Positions 27,489 through 37,842 of a stretch of 64,000 nt of DNA are shown here, in pieces. A model generated the notes under the pieces. It ran no database searches. It was not told the DNA's origin and saw only the letters and a list, made by a program, of their open reading frames with translations. Numbering within the stretch: position 1 is the first letter of the stretch; each line of letters starts with the position of its first letter. The DNA is from a virus: IMG/VR virus record IMGVR_UViG_3300037488_003551, positions 1-64,000 of that record; one strand, written 5' to 3'. Position numbers and translations under genes: made by a program.

Positions 27489-28022
27489 ATGAAACTCTGC
27501 CGGGTAAAGAACGTCACCGAGAGTAGGTTAGTCATCCTTGCCGTTCGCGACAGGGATGGTCAGCCCATTTCTTTTGAGCCAGGTGAATGTAAGCAAATGC
27601 TGTCTACCACGGTCAACCATCCCGCCGTGTCCGTGCACATCGGACGGGGACTGCAGCTCGTGGAAGGGCAAGTATCTGTTGAGGAAGTGCCGAAGCAAAA
27701 GGTGCTGGAAGTTGCTATTTCACCAGCCCCGCCGCCTGCACCGAAGGTGGAAGCGCCGGTCGTCGCGCCGGTTGTGGAAACCCCAGTGATTCAGGAAGCA
27801 CCGGCTACACCTGTAGACGCATATGCAAACGCCCCCGGAGTTACAGAAGAAGACATTTGGGCTATCACGGAGATGTACCCGACTATCGCGGACTTGGCAA
27901 AAGCTGATAAGGACGCTCTCGTGAGACTCGGCTTCACAAAATATGGTGCTAAACGGCTCATCGCGTGGGCAGCCGTAAAGCTGGGAAGCACCGAAAAATC
28001 TGAGTCGAATCTCGACGAGTAG
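27489..28022 (+). CDS. Hypothetical protein with C-terminal helix-hairpin-helix-like domain
   Basis: Pro-rich linker then PGV...YPTIADLAKA...LGFTKYGAKRLI. Confidence 0.5.
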   Translation: MKLCRVKNVTESRLVILAVRDRDGQPISFEPGECKQMLSTTVNHPAVSVHIGRGLQLVEGQVSVEEVPKQKVLEVAISPAPPPAPKVEAPVVAPVVETPVIQEAPATPVDAYANAPGVTEEDIWAITEMYPTIADLAKADKDALVRLGFTKYGAKRLIAWAAVKLGSTEKSESNLDE

Positions 28023-28063
28023 TTCTCCCTCTCCCGGACCTACTTCTCACCTACAATTTAAGC

Positions 28064-28432
28064 ATGACGGTTGTAGTAAATCACGACTACCCACAGCTCC
28101 ATGCGCTGCAAGTGTTACGCGAAGATGGGACTCCCATCGAGGGCGCACGTATTCGTATATATGACGCGAATCGTTATTACGTTCAAGATCTCGCTAATTG
28201 GGTAACGCAACAGCCTGTTCTTTTTGAAAGTACTTGGGACAGCTCCATGGTTCTATTCGGAGAACCTGAGGCTTTTAACGTTTTACTCCAGACCAGTTGG
28301 ATGGGAGATATTTATACTGATGCAAACGGTGAGTGGACTTCCGACATGTTATTACCTGAAGCCCACACATGGCTGTTGTACATCGAGTATGACCCAGATT
28401 TTGAGTCGCGTATCGTGGAAGTAACGACATGA
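28064..28432 (+). CDS. Hypothetical virion protein (beta-sandwich-like)
   Basis: DGTPIEGARIRIY...TDANGEW motif; leaderless start 5 nt after TACAATT. Confidence 0.5.
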   Translation: MTVVVNHDYPQLHALQVLREDGTPIEGARIRIYDANRYYVQDLANWVTQQPVLFESTWDSSMVLFGEPEAFNVLLQTSWMGDIYTDANGEWTSDMLLPEAHTWLLYIEYDPDFESRIVEVTT

Positions 28433-29163
28433 CTACAGGACGAAAAACGATACCACCGATTCCTCCAAGCCCCGAGGCTAAAAAGCACGCTCGGTCTAAT
28501 CTGCCTTGGAGTGAGCAGAATGACGGTGGAAAGTTTGCAACGCCCCATGAACTCAAAATGGCCCGGACAGCTCCGTATCAGCGGGCACAAACAGCCCCTC
28601 GCGTAGGTGATGATATCTCAAGCGTTTTCATGCCCGTGGAAGACCTGTACTGGATAAAAGATTCTTTACACAACTTACGGAAAGAAAAAGCAGACCGAGT
28701 CCTTTTGCTTGCTAGCATGAAAACAATTGAGGAGCAGCTAGATATGTTCGAGACACGCTTGGACAAAGCTACTCATTGCCACCGAGAATCTGACTTCGAG
28801 GAGTTAAAAGAAGCCGTGAATTCCTGGCGCTCCTTTTTTAGAAACACAGTCGCGGTAGGTTTTCTCGGAGCGTTGATAGTAATCGGAGGATGGCTCTGGC
28901 AGTACTACTCACTGGTTGACCAAGTTTCTAAAACGAGTGAAGACGTAACTCAGACTTCTCACAACGTATCTACGCTGCAGGATGATTACGTTAAATACAA
29001 ACAAGACCAGTTCGCTGAGAGAGTAAAATACTCAGCTGAAAATGATGCTCGGTCTATGCAATTAGAATATAAACTGTTGGCCGCAATATCGAAACTTTCG
29101 CAAGGGCAGAAAATAGACACACCCGCGGCGCCCGCATTAGCGCCTACAGATAAAACGAAGTAG
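28429..29163 (+). CDS. Single-TM coiled-coil membrane protein (holin/antiholin-like candidate)
   Basis: TM segment VAVGFLGALIVIGGWLW flanked by coiled coils. Confidence 0.45.
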   Translation: MTTGRKTIPPIPPSPEAKKHARSNLPWSEQNDGGKFATPHELKMARTAPYQRAQTAPRVGDDISSVFMPVEDLYWIKDSLHNLRKEKADRVLLLASMKTIEEQLDMFETRLDKATHCHRESDFEELKEAVNSWRSFFRNTVAVGFLGALIVIGGWLWQYYSLVDQVSKTSEDVTQTSHNVSTLQDDYVKYKQDQFAERVKYSAENDARSMQLEYKLLAAISKLSQGQKIDTPAAPALAPTDKTK

Positions 29164-29171
29164 GGAATTCA

Positions 29172-29645
29172 ATGAGCAATTATATCTACCCAATCATTGT
29201 AAGTTCAACCGTTGCGGGCGTGCGGCAGACTATTTTAGGCGGACCGTTTACAGGTGTCGCGCCTACTTTTCCCCTTGTACCTGGACCCGGGTCTGGAACG
29301 GCTTATCCCGCAAAAGCGTCAGGCGGGATGTATACGTACGGAGACCCCGAGGACCTTACCGCACTGACACTCGATGCGGGAGGCCTCTTCGATTTATCTA
29401 ACAACTATACGTACGCGTTACGCTGCATCCGTGCTTTTTGCGGGGCGGCAGCGACGTATAATCTTTATATCCAAAAACGTGGCGGAACAGAGGTCACTAC
29501 GATCCTGACTCTGGCGGACGCGAATGCAACGAGCAGGGATTTTGACGGTACTGGACTAATCGTTCTTCCATCTCAAACCGTAAAAATTACGACAACAGCC
29601 GCGGGAACGATTGATCTGTATTTTACACGTTACCAAAATCCCTGA
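29172..29645 (+). CDS. Virion protein, tandem paralog 1
   Basis: Clearly paralogous to 29661-30116 (MSNY.YP, GGLFDLS, LRCIRAFCG, VKITTTAAGTID.YFTRY). Confidence 0.65.
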   Translation: MSNYIYPIIVSSTVAGVRQTILGGPFTGVAPTFPLVPGPGSGTAYPAKASGGMYTYGDPEDLTALTLDAGGLFDLSNNYTYALRCIRAFCGAAATYNLYIQKRGGTEVTTILTLADANATSRDFDGTGLIVLPSQTVKITTTAAGTIDLYFTRYQNP

Positions 29646-29660
29646 AAGGAACGTATTGAA

Positions 29661-30116
29661 ATGAGCAATTACACCTATCCAGTTGTTGTAGGTAAGACCG
29701 TCGTAGGTGTTCGGCAAACGACTAGCGTTGCCATGATAGGCGCGGCGCCCACTATCGCTGTGATTGGCGCGGCCTATCCGGCTAAATTCGTAGACGGATT
29801 GTATACCTATTGCAACCCCGCTGACCACGCATCCATGACGCTGAATGCCGGAGGTCTTTTTGACCTTTCGGATAATGCGTGCCTCTCACTGCGCTGTATC
29901 CGCGCTTTTTGTGGCGGCGGACAAACATACAGCGTTTTTGTACAAGACCGAGGTGGCGCGTTTGTAGCGACTATTCTTGCGGGAGAAGGTGCCAATGCCA
30001 CGAACTACGAGTTCGATAGGACAGGCATCATTGTTCTCCCAGGACAAAATGTGAAAATCACAACCACTGCAGCGGGAACTATCGACGCCTACTTTACGCG
30101 TTACGAGTATCCCTGA
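29661..30116 (+). CDS. Virion protein, tandem paralog 2
   Basis: Paralog of 29172-29645. Confidence 0.65.
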   Translation: MSNYTYPVVVGKTVVGVRQTTSVAMIGAAPTIAVIGAAYPAKFVDGLYTYCNPADHASMTLNAGGLFDLSDNACLSLRCIRAFCGGGQTYSVFVQDRGGAFVATILAGEGANATNYEFDRTGIIVLPGQNVKITTTAAGTIDAYFTRYEYP

Positions 30117-30136
30117 GCAGAGGGATGAGGTGAGCC

Positions 30137-30604
30137 ATGCCAGTTGTTCTTCCAGCAGTAGGTGACCCGCTAACTTCGGATGATGTCCGTTGGTTTTTAC
30201 GGGACAAACCCGAGCACAATATTATCCTCCCGGATAACGTTGAGTTCAGCACGGAGGATATCAACAGGGCAATTCGATTCACGGTAGCAAAATACAACGT
30301 GCTCCCGCCGCAGACTGCCTACACGTATGAGAACATCAACGAGTACGTCCTTATGTGCGGGGTATGCGCCATCCTTCTTCGGTCAGAAGGTATTAGGCAA
30401 AATCGAAATGAAGTACGGGCACAAGACGGAAATATCGCACCTGTGAATCTCGATGAGAAGCAGGCGCAATACGCAGCCTGGGCTGACCGGCTACAGCAGG
30501 AATTCGACATGCATTGCCGCCTCTCTAAAACAGAGGCGAATATGGAATCCTGCTACGGTAGCCAATCCTCGGGGTATCGCTATCTCGGCCGCTGGACTAC
30601 CTGA
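30137..30604 (+). CDS. Head-tail adaptor (putative)
   Basis: VRWFLRD...FSTEDI helical protein in the usual position after the capsid genes. Confidence 0.55.
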   Translation: MPVVLPAVGDPLTSDDVRWFLRDKPEHNIILPDNVEFSTEDINRAIRFTVAKYNVLPPQTAYTYENINEYVLMCGVCAILLRSEGIRQNRNEVRAQDGNIAPVNLDEKQAQYAAWADRLQQEFDMHCRLSKTEANMESCYGSQSSGYRYLGRWTT

Positions 30605-30609
30605 CAGCC

Positions 30610-31488
30610 ATGCCACTTTTTCCCTCATCAGTCATCCAGTCGGTAAGCAATCCGCCGCTTTTAACCAGTACGTATATCGAGGTCATGCGCGTCTTTCCGA
30701 TGTTTCCAAGACGCGTTTTTCTCCAATGGGTATTCCGTAATCCGACTGTAGGAGAGACATACCGTTTCACCGTAGATCGAGCTGGAAGTGCTGAAGGTCC
30801 ATGGGAGACATTAACAGTTCCACCTATCTACAACTTTTATTACGTGGACATGGATTTCCCTGCTAATCCCATAGTGGGAGAACCCGATCTCATGTCCATG
30901 TCTCGTGTGGTGTATTACCGAATCACTGCGACGCCTTTTTTGGGTGGGACGAGTGTATCCGTAATCAAGAAGATGGAGCCGTGGCTCGACCGCAGGAGAG
31001 AGGGCATTCATCGCAAGCTCGTGCGCGACGCGATGATAGCTCTTCAGCGTGTGGTAGGGACCGAAATCGCCGCGGTTAAAAAGCTCAAGTGGGGAACGCG
31101 TTGTTCCTTGTGCCTCACGAACGCAGGTACATCCGTCGACCCCTATTGCCCCGAGTGTTACGGGACTTCGTTTACAGGTGGATATTGGACACCAGTTTAC
31201 GGGTGGGCTCAAATGTTCACCGCTCCTATCTCCGTGCAGTCTGCACTCCAGGGAGAGACTGAGATTCGACAGACTCGCATTCTGATGGCGAATGTTCCAC
31301 AGATGGACAAGGAAGACCTGCTTGTCTTTTTACGGAGCAATAAACGTTTTCGGGTGCTCGAGGTAACGCCTACACAAATACACAACGTAGATGTGCACCA
31401 AGAGTTGGTCGTATCGGAATTATCCCCGAGCAGCGCCGAGTACAATATCAATGTGGACCCGTGGCGCGCGCCGTGTTGGTGGGTGTAA
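30610..31488 (+). CDS. Neck/head-closure protein with Zn finger (putative)
   Basis: RCSLC...CPECYGTSFTGGY motif typical of large-myophage neck proteins; FN3-like N-terminus. Confidence 0.55.
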   Translation: MPLFPSSVIQSVSNPPLLTSTYIEVMRVFPMFPRRVFLQWVFRNPTVGETYRFTVDRAGSAEGPWETLTVPPIYNFYYVDMDFPANPIVGEPDLMSMSRVVYYRITATPFLGGTSVSVIKKMEPWLDRRREGIHRKLVRDAMIALQRVVGTEIAAVKKLKWGTRCSLCLTNAGTSVDPYCPECYGTSFTGGYWTPVYGWAQMFTAPISVQSALQGETEIRQTRILMANVPQMDKEDLLVFLRSNKRFRVLEVTPTQIHNVDVHQELVVSELSPSSAEYNINVDPWRAPCWWV

Positions 31489-31491
31489 CCG

Positions 31492-32289
31492 ATGACCATT
31501 TTTCAGATAGCGCAGACCTACAACGGAAAAGCTCTCCCCCTTGAAATAGGGGAGCATCCAAACGTAACCGTGGGTTCCCCTTTGGCCGTGATAGGTCTCT
31601 TTGTCCTGGCGCTGCAGCACCGCTTCAGCCCAGGAGCTCGAGGGACAGAAGGACTGCTTGGAGACTCGCCAGACCTCCGGGACCCTGTCAGTTGGGAAGA
31701 CCCTGTTGACCCCGAACCTCTCCCTTGGATTTGGACTGGAGACCTAAAGCCCGCGGATGAATGCACCCCCGGGAATACCAGAGCTCCTCGCCCTATTTTT
31801 GTAGGGCCGGCGTTCGACAAAAATAAGGGCATCCGCAATTACCGACCTGCTATTTATGTCGACCGCGGGAACGTAGTCATTCAAAAAGTCTCCAACAACA
31901 ATTTTGTGGGACAGCACTCTGCGAGTGGTCTTGAGGCCTTCGGAGCCATCGCTAAAATTCCTATCCAGATTGACTGCATAGGCGAGAGTTACGGGGACTC
32001 GAGTATCATCGCGGATACGGTGTGGTTCTACATTTTGGCGAGCCGTAATATTCTCAGCCGCACCTTTGGCTTTCATCAAATCGTAGAGCCTGTTCTTGGA
32101 GCAACTCTTCCAGAAGAAAATGATAAGCAGGTTTTTCACACGCAGGTTTTCTGCGACGTGGAATTGTTTTTGCGATGGAGCACACGTCCGATTGCTCCGC
32201 TCATAAACGACATCGTATTGCGCGTTGGAAAAACTGGGTCGGTCGATGACGTACTCGTGGATATCGTGCTTCGGGAAAGCCGAAGCTGA
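31492..32289 (+). CDS. Tail terminator/neck protein (putative)
   Basis: RPAIYVDRG motif; directly upstream of the sheath gene. Confidence 0.45.
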   Translation: MTIFQIAQTYNGKALPLEIGEHPNVTVGSPLAVIGLFVLALQHRFSPGARGTEGLLGDSPDLRDPVSWEDPVDPEPLPWIWTGDLKPADECTPGNTRAPRPIFVGPAFDKNKGIRNYRPAIYVDRGNVVIQKVSNNNFVGQHSASGLEAFGAIAKIPIQIDCIGESYGDSSIIADTVWFYILASRNILSRTFGFHQIVEPVLGATLPEENDKQVFHTQVFCDVELFLRWSTRPIAPLINDIVLRVGKTGSVDDVLVDIVLRESRS

Positions 32290-32327
32290 ACATATAATTC
32301 CGCAGCAACCAGAGGAGAGAAACACCG

Positions 32328-35021
32328 ATGCCTCTATCTAGACCGAACACTGTCGTTTATCAGGAATATGCGGACCTCTCCGTTGTTCCCGCTACCCCAT
32401 TCTTGAACACCCTCATCGTTGGTCCTTGCTATCAGCTGCTGGACTACCTCGATGACAAGGCGGATTGCGCCGCAGGAGAATACGGTACCCTGCAAATGAA
32501 TAACCCACGCACGTCCCCGACGGCTGCGGTGGTTATCGCCACTCCTCCTGAGCTAGAAGCAGGTGCCATTCTCGAAGATAACAGCGTGAAGATTTTCTTC
32601 GATGAGGTGCAGGTCGCATTGAAAGAGGTCACGGGTACTCCTGGAGATGATGCTGGACTTTATTACATCAGCGATAATCTGTTTGCCACTGTGAATGCTG
32701 ATGGCGTACACATCGGTAAACAGTATGCGCAAGCAGGCGATACGCTCATCTGTGAAACATCGGTTACTGCGGATTTCATCAAAACCATAAAAGAATTGGC
32801 CTACACGTTTTATGGTCCGGTACTCGATTTCACAACGTGGGGAGTAGATACCGGCGACATTATTACGGTTGAGAATGATGCAGCTTCTCCTTCTCGCAAT
32901 GGTACCTACACCGTAAAAAAGAAGTATATCGTCGGAGGTTCTGTCCTCGCTACAGCCATTGAAATCGAAAATGCAGCAGCCCTAGAAGGTGACGTAGCAA
33001 ATGCGGACATCACTATCCGCTCTTCGACGGGAACTCTGCGACACACCACCATAGGTGGAGCTCCTGTTTCTTTGGGTGATTGGTGCAATCTCCGCGTAAC
33101 AGAAGATTTCTCGGCTGGACATCCGGTCAGTTGTCTCTGGCGCATCGAGCGTCAACTCAACGATGTCGAACTTGCTTCTACGGATATCACGGTGAACAAC
33201 ACCACGAAGACCGTAACCGTTAAAGCTGGCGTGACAGCAATTGTGAGTACGACCATTGGAGCCAAGCCTGTTACGTTCGCTGAGATGTACATGGAGTACG
33301 CTGCGCTGCGGCAGGACCTCCAAAACGTGGCCGAGGTTTCGTCTTCTTCCGAGGCGATTGCTCTCCTTGGAAAATACGATGCACGTAATCCGCTCTGCGT
33401 AGGTGTGCATGTAGCTCTATATAACACCACGACGCCCATCAAGGTCTATGGTCTCGCCGCGGATACGTTGGCCGGGTACACGGATTTTGTGGAGCGCACC
33501 AGTCATCTCAGCGACATCTACGCGGTGGTCCCACTGACCTACGATACGAGCGTTATCGGTTATCTCAAGGACGCGTGGGAGCGTTACGCTGATGCAGACA
33601 TCGTTCTTCAAACAGGTATTAAGCAGAAATTTCGGACGACCATCGGCGCTGTGGACCTCGTCACACAGAGCGAAGTCATCTCCGCGACCGCAGGCTCGTC
33701 CACGCTGACGAAAGCGGGAACAACTCCGGCAGGAAATTACACGCTGACTCTTTCTGGTCTTTCAGGTCAAACAGCGGATTTCAGTGCTTCTGGCGTTCTT
33801 CCGGGAGACATTGTCAATGTTAAAATTGGTGGCGTAACTGCTGGACCATTTACGGTAGCGCATGTAAATACGGCACTCATTCTTGAAACAGAAGAAGCCC
33901 TCACAGGTTTAGGTATAGCGCGTGACGCAGCCGATACTTTGGATATTACAGACCCAACAGGTATTATCCATCGTTTTACGGCTTTGGTTTATTCGGTAGG
34001 TGTCAAGGGGTTTACTCTTGGTGCATCCGTTCTCGACGCCCTTTATCTCACCCTGAGCTCTTCGACCTCCACGTTCATCACGGACGGCGTGGTCCCGGGC
34101 GACCTGCTCCAGATTCCGACCGACCCCGAGTCCACTTCTTGGACGACCTACGACACCTGGGTCATCGCAACTGTCGATAGCGAGACGCGCGTCACGGTGG
34201 TGAACGGCGGGAACAACACGGCCGACCTACAAAACGAGCTCCCGCATCTCATCAAGCGCACCGCGGCGACTGACCGTGTGGTCTCTACTAGCACGGTCTA
34301 CTTCCGCATCAAGCGCAACATGACCAAGACCGAGCAGGTCAACTACATGCTTGCGGTGGCTCAGAGCTTGGACAGCAAGCGTGCTCTTCTCTGCTACCCC
34401 AACAGCGTGGACATCACCGACCTTATCGATGGTAGTCTGACACGAACGGGTACGGACCCCGAGGTCGCCGCGGCGCAGCCAGGCTACTATCTCGCCTGCC
34501 TCGTTGGCGGCCAGACGGCGAGCCAGCCTTCGCACCAGGGCTTCACGAACCTGGGCGGCAACGGCATCGACCGCATTTACAACTCGAGTGACTACTTCAG
34601 CGAGGAGCAGCTCACCAACCTGTCGAATGGCGGCGTGTACGTCTTCGTGCAGGATGCGCCGGCCGCGCTGCCCTACACCATCCACGAAGTGACGACCGAT
34701 GTTCTCTCCCTCGAGACCGGTGAATACATGCACGTGAAGAATTTGGACTATCTCTCGATGTCTTTCCTCGAGACGCTGCGTCCCTTCATTGGCAAGTGGA
34801 ACATCACACCGGATGCTATTCAGTTCATCACGCAAGCTTTGTATGCGACCATCAACACGCACAAAACTGCATACCGCGCGAGGATTGGAGCGCCGATGAT
34901 TGACGGGACGGTACGCACCGTCTTCCAAAATACGGATGTCTCAGAAGATCGCATCGAAGCGTACGTCGACGCTGACTTGCCAACGGTCCTTAACACCCTC
35001 GGCCTACACTTGGTGGCGTGA
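32328..35021 (+). CDS. Contractile tail sheath protein
   Basis: N-terminal RPNTVVYQE..IVGP; C-terminal QGFTN, LSNGGVYVF, VTTD, E....NLDY, FIGKWNIT, PTVLN; 897 aa with insertion domains. Confidence 0.85.
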   Translation: MPLSRPNTVVYQEYADLSVVPATPFLNTLIVGPCYQLLDYLDDKADCAAGEYGTLQMNNPRTSPTAAVVIATPPELEAGAILEDNSVKIFFDEVQVALKEVTGTPGDDAGLYYISDNLFATVNADGVHIGKQYAQAGDTLICETSVTADFIKTIKELAYTFYGPVLDFTTWGVDTGDIITVENDAASPSRNGTYTVKKKYIVGGSVLATAIEIENAAALEGDVANADITIRSSTGTLRHTTIGGAPVSLGDWCNLRVTEDFSAGHPVSCLWRIERQLNDVELASTDITVNNTTKTVTVKAGVTAIVSTTIGAKPVTFAEMYMEYAALRQDLQNVAEVSSSSEAIALLGKYDARNPLCVGVHVALYNTTTPIKVYGLAADTLAGYTDFVERTSHLSDIYAVVPLTYDTSVIGYLKDAWERYADADIVLQTGIKQKFRTTIGAVDLVTQSEVISATAGSSTLTKAGTTPAGNYTLTLSGLSGQTADFSASGVLPGDIVNVKIGGVTAGPFTVAHVNTALILETEEALTGLGIARDAADTLDITDPTGIIHRFTALVYSVGVKGFTLGASVLDALYLTLSSSTSTFITDGVVPGDLLQIPTDPESTSWTTYDTWVIATVDSETRVTVVNGGNNTADLQNELPHLIKRTAATDRVVSTSTVYFRIKRNMTKTEQVNYMLAVAQSLDSKRALLCYPNSVDITDLIDGSLTRTGTDPEVAAAQPGYYLACLVGGQTASQPSHQGFTNLGGNGIDRIYNSSDYFSEEQLTNLSNGGVYVFVQDAPAALPYTIHEVTTDVLSLETGEYMHVKNLDYLSMSFLETLRPFIGKWNITPDAIQFITQALYATINTHKTAYRARIGAPMIDGTVRTVFQNTDVSEDRIEAYVDADLPTVLNTLGLHLVA

Positions 35022-35470
35022 TGCAAAACGAGTTTTACAAAGCGGGCTACAACGACGCGCTGGTGAAAATGGGAGGCTTTGGAAGCGCTATTGCCAAAGG
35101 CCTTCAGACTGCGGGCGGATGGTTAAAAGGTCTCGGAACAAAAGTGCCAGCGGGTCCTGCTCAGATGTCACTTCCTGGTATGGCCCCTGCCGCGGCAAAA
35201 CCGGGGTGGTTTGCGGGAAAAGCTCAAGGCGCAGCACAGGGCCTAGGCAATTCTCTCAACAATCTCGCAGCTGCTCCGGGACAAACCCTCTGGCAGGGCG
35301 CCGGCAACTTCGGAAAGAACATGCTCGGGATGGGTCAGGCGAATACAACAAGCGGCGTTTTGGGCCGCGGTGCCATGGGCGTTGGCCTAGTGGGTGGCGC
35401 TACGGGTGGTTTCGGAAATAGATCGCAACCGAGACCGGGACAGCTCCCCGGCCCGGGACAGATACAATAG
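35018..35470 (+). CDS. Gly-rich putative cargo protein with class A leader, between sheath and tube
   Basis: EFYKAGYNDALVKMGG; C-terminal glycine zipper. Confidence 0.55.
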   Translation: MMQNEFYKAGYNDALVKMGGFGSAIAKGLQTAGGWLKGLGTKVPAGPAQMSLPGMAPAAAKPGWFAGKAQGAAQGLGNSLNNLAAAPGQTLWQGAGNFGKNMLGMGQANTTSGVLGRGAMGVGLVGGATGGFGNRSQPRPGQLPGPGQIQ

Positions 35471-35479
35471 GAGGCTCGG

Positions 35480-36241
35480 ATGCCGCTTGGAATCACTCAT
35501 GGTCTCGGTAGCTGGAGAATCCAGCAAAACAACGTCGAGCGCCATACCGACAACGCTGCCTACACCGCAGCCAACCCGGAAGACACTCTCATTCTTGCGG
35601 GGCCTCCTCGGTTCATGGATGTGATGCAGGCCGAGGACAATGGCGTAGGAAGCCTCCTGGCCATCGGTATGACGCAGACCTTCCAGTTCACGAGCCAAGT
35701 CCCGCTGCAGCCAATGCAGGCCATCGGTTCGTCGCGCCTCTTCTTCACGCGTGGCAAGAGCCAGACCTCGTGGAGACTCGGCCGACTCCTGACGAACGGT
35801 CGTAACCTCCTGCGCGTGCTCTACCACAACGCGGTGGCCGCGGGCCTGAACGTCGGAGCTCTGGATGAACCCCCGGTGCCGGCCGGACAGGGAACCCAGA
35901 ACACCACCTTCTACGCTAACCTCGACTCCGAGCTCTTCTACGTGCCGTTCGGCATCGCAGTGCTTTTCAGAGACCGGGCCAAGGATCTCCTCGGCGCGTT
36001 CTACTTCGAGCTCTGCATGGTGAACATGTACACGCTCGGATTCACCATCGGACAGAACATGGTGATGGAGGACATCAGCGGACTCTGCGACCGCGTTGTG
36101 CCTTTCTCTCCCAGCACGCTGCAGGCTGTCCCCGGACTCGACCGAAAAGCCCTCGACGAAGTCATCGGCTTCACGTCGGCTGGCGACCCCAGTGTTCCGA
36201 CCGACTGGATTACTGGCATGGACGACCTGCCCCCTGGCTGA
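35480..36241 (+). CDS. Tail tube protein (putative)
   Basis: AIGM.Q.F, AIGS.R.FF, SELF.VPFG, FYFELC, GQNMVME; follows the sheath; GC3-rich. Confidence 0.7.
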   Translation: MPLGITHGLGSWRIQQNNVERHTDNAAYTAANPEDTLILAGPPRFMDVMQAEDNGVGSLLAIGMTQTFQFTSQVPLQPMQAIGSSRLFFTRGKSQTSWRLGRLLTNGRNLLRVLYHNAVAAGLNVGALDEPPVPAGQGTQNTTFYANLDSELFYVPFGIAVLFRDRAKDLLGAFYFELCMVNMYTLGFTIGQNMVMEDISGLCDRVVPFSPSTLQAVPGLDRKALDEVIGFTSAGDPSVPTDWITGMDDLPPG

Positions 36242-36277
36242 TTCCTTTTTCTTTTGCCCCCGTGCTATGCTTTTTGC

Positions 36278-37816
36278 ATGGACGACTCAAAAGAAATCTC
36301 CAAAACAATACGCTTCGGAAAAACTCCAATATCCAGCTCCCCCTTTTCTTCTGGCGGAAAAGTACTTGGGACTATCGAGTCTTATAACGACAGTACTAAA
36401 ACGTACACCGTCGTTACGCAGGGTAATAAAAGAAATCCAAATGCGCTCGGTGGTCGCCTGCAGGGAATTCCCCGAAAGCTCTCTCACTCTGGAGACCAAG
36501 TGGTTCTCAGTCCGGAGACCACGGTCATCGTCGACTTCGAGCTCGGCATTCCTTATATCGATGGCGTCTTACCGCAGGCCGCCACTTCTTCTGCGGCGTA
36601 TTCCGTAGCGCCCAATTTTGGGACGACAGCAGGAAGCGGAGCGTCAGCGGTTGGGGATACCGGAGGAAATTATCGAACGGCTAATTCACCTACAGGAATG
36701 CTCCCGGGTGACCAAGTTCTCGCAGGGGAAGATGGCAACTATGTCGCGGCACTACGTGGAAAAATCTCCACGCTCCATGGCAGCGAGCGCGCTCAAGTTC
36801 TCGTCTCGGGCTTGCATGACCTCGTCCGCGTCGTCTGCGAAAACTACGAAAATTTTTCATCTTTTGGAAATCTCGAGATAAAAAACAAAGATGGAAGGAG
36901 CTCTCTGTCCTACCGAGGTGGAGCTGACCAGGCGTCTCAGTCTGGCGGCGAGCTCGAGGCCTGGACTTTTCGTTTGGATATCGGCGACGTTGGTAATATC
37001 TTTGACATGCGGGTGACCTCTCCGGATAATAGCAAAACTTTTGCGCGCATAAAGATGTCTCCCGACGGTTTTTTGGAAATCTTCGGAGAGCTCGCTCGCG
37101 CAGATAGCACTGCTGGTGACCGTTATACGACGACCGGTGGCACCCACTACATCCGTACGTCCGGTAATACGCGAGAAGAAATTCGTGGAGCCTCTGCAAT
37201 AAACATTCAAGGTGGTTCCACCGAGAGCGTTGCAGCTAACCGTACCGCAAATGTCGGTATGGACGATGTTGTTTCTGTGAATAGAAACGAAGTAAAAAGT
37301 ATCGGGGCTCAGCAAATCACCACAGTCATGGGAGGTCTCCCTCTTGATGCCAAGCCTACGGATAAAGCTAAAGAAGTCCGCGTAGTTAACGGAAGTTATC
37401 TCATCGAAATAGGGAGCCCAAAAGACGGTGGTGTTCCTTCTGCAATGTCGGGCTATAAAGTCTACGTGCACAACGGAGCTATTATCATCGGCGAGAATCC
37501 GATGCTCCCTGCTACACAATGCAGCGTAAATCTGAGCACGTTAAAACCGAGTTCTATTGGACTGGGTTGCATCGTCCCCGGACCCTGGCCCGAGGCCTCA
37601 ATGAATCCTCCCACGGGTTCGGCGATGGTCTATGAAAAGTGGCTCATCCTTTTCAATGCCCTCATCACGGCTTTGGATAATCACCAGCACGTCGCGACCT
37701 ACGGCGGAGGTCCAACGCTCTCTACTCTTCCTGGAACACCTGGAGCTTACTTTCAAGGAATCACGGGTAGCCTCACCGCAGCCGTGAAAAGTTTGAAGGT
37801 TAAGATAGGTGCCTGA
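36278..37816 (+). CDS. Baseplate central spike/hub (gp5/VgrG-like) protein
   Basis: N-terminal OB-like region, Gly-spaced beta-helix repeats (TTTGGTHYIRTSGN...), C-terminal HQH. Confidence 0.6.
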   Translation: MDDSKEISKTIRFGKTPISSSPFSSGGKVLGTIESYNDSTKTYTVVTQGNKRNPNALGGRLQGIPRKLSHSGDQVVLSPETTVIVDFELGIPYIDGVLPQAATSSAAYSVAPNFGTTAGSGASAVGDTGGNYRTANSPTGMLPGDQVLAGEDGNYVAALRGKISTLHGSERAQVLVSGLHDLVRVVCENYENFSSFGNLEIKNKDGRSSLSYRGGADQASQSGGELEAWTFRLDIGDVGNIFDMRVTSPDNSKTFARIKMSPDGFLEIFGELARADSTAGDRYTTTGGTHYIRTSGNTREEIRGASAINIQGGSTESVAANRTANVGMDDVVSVNRNEVKSIGAQQITTVMGGLPLDAKPTDKAKEVRVVNGSYLIEIGSPKDGGVPSAMSGYKVYVHNGAIIIGENPMLPATQCSVNLSTLKPSSIGLGCIVPGPWPEASMNPPTGSAMVYEKWLILFNALITALDNHQHVATYGGGPTLSTLPGTPGAYFQGITGSLTAAVKSLKVKIGA

Positions 37817-37842
37817 GCTATAATTTTTTAGGAGGATTTCTC

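Noticed and set aside
26547-37816. Encapsulin or extracellular contractile injection system rather than phage
   Set aside because: Portal, prohead protease, neck proteins, endolysin and a phage-like accessory region together indicate a tailed phage.
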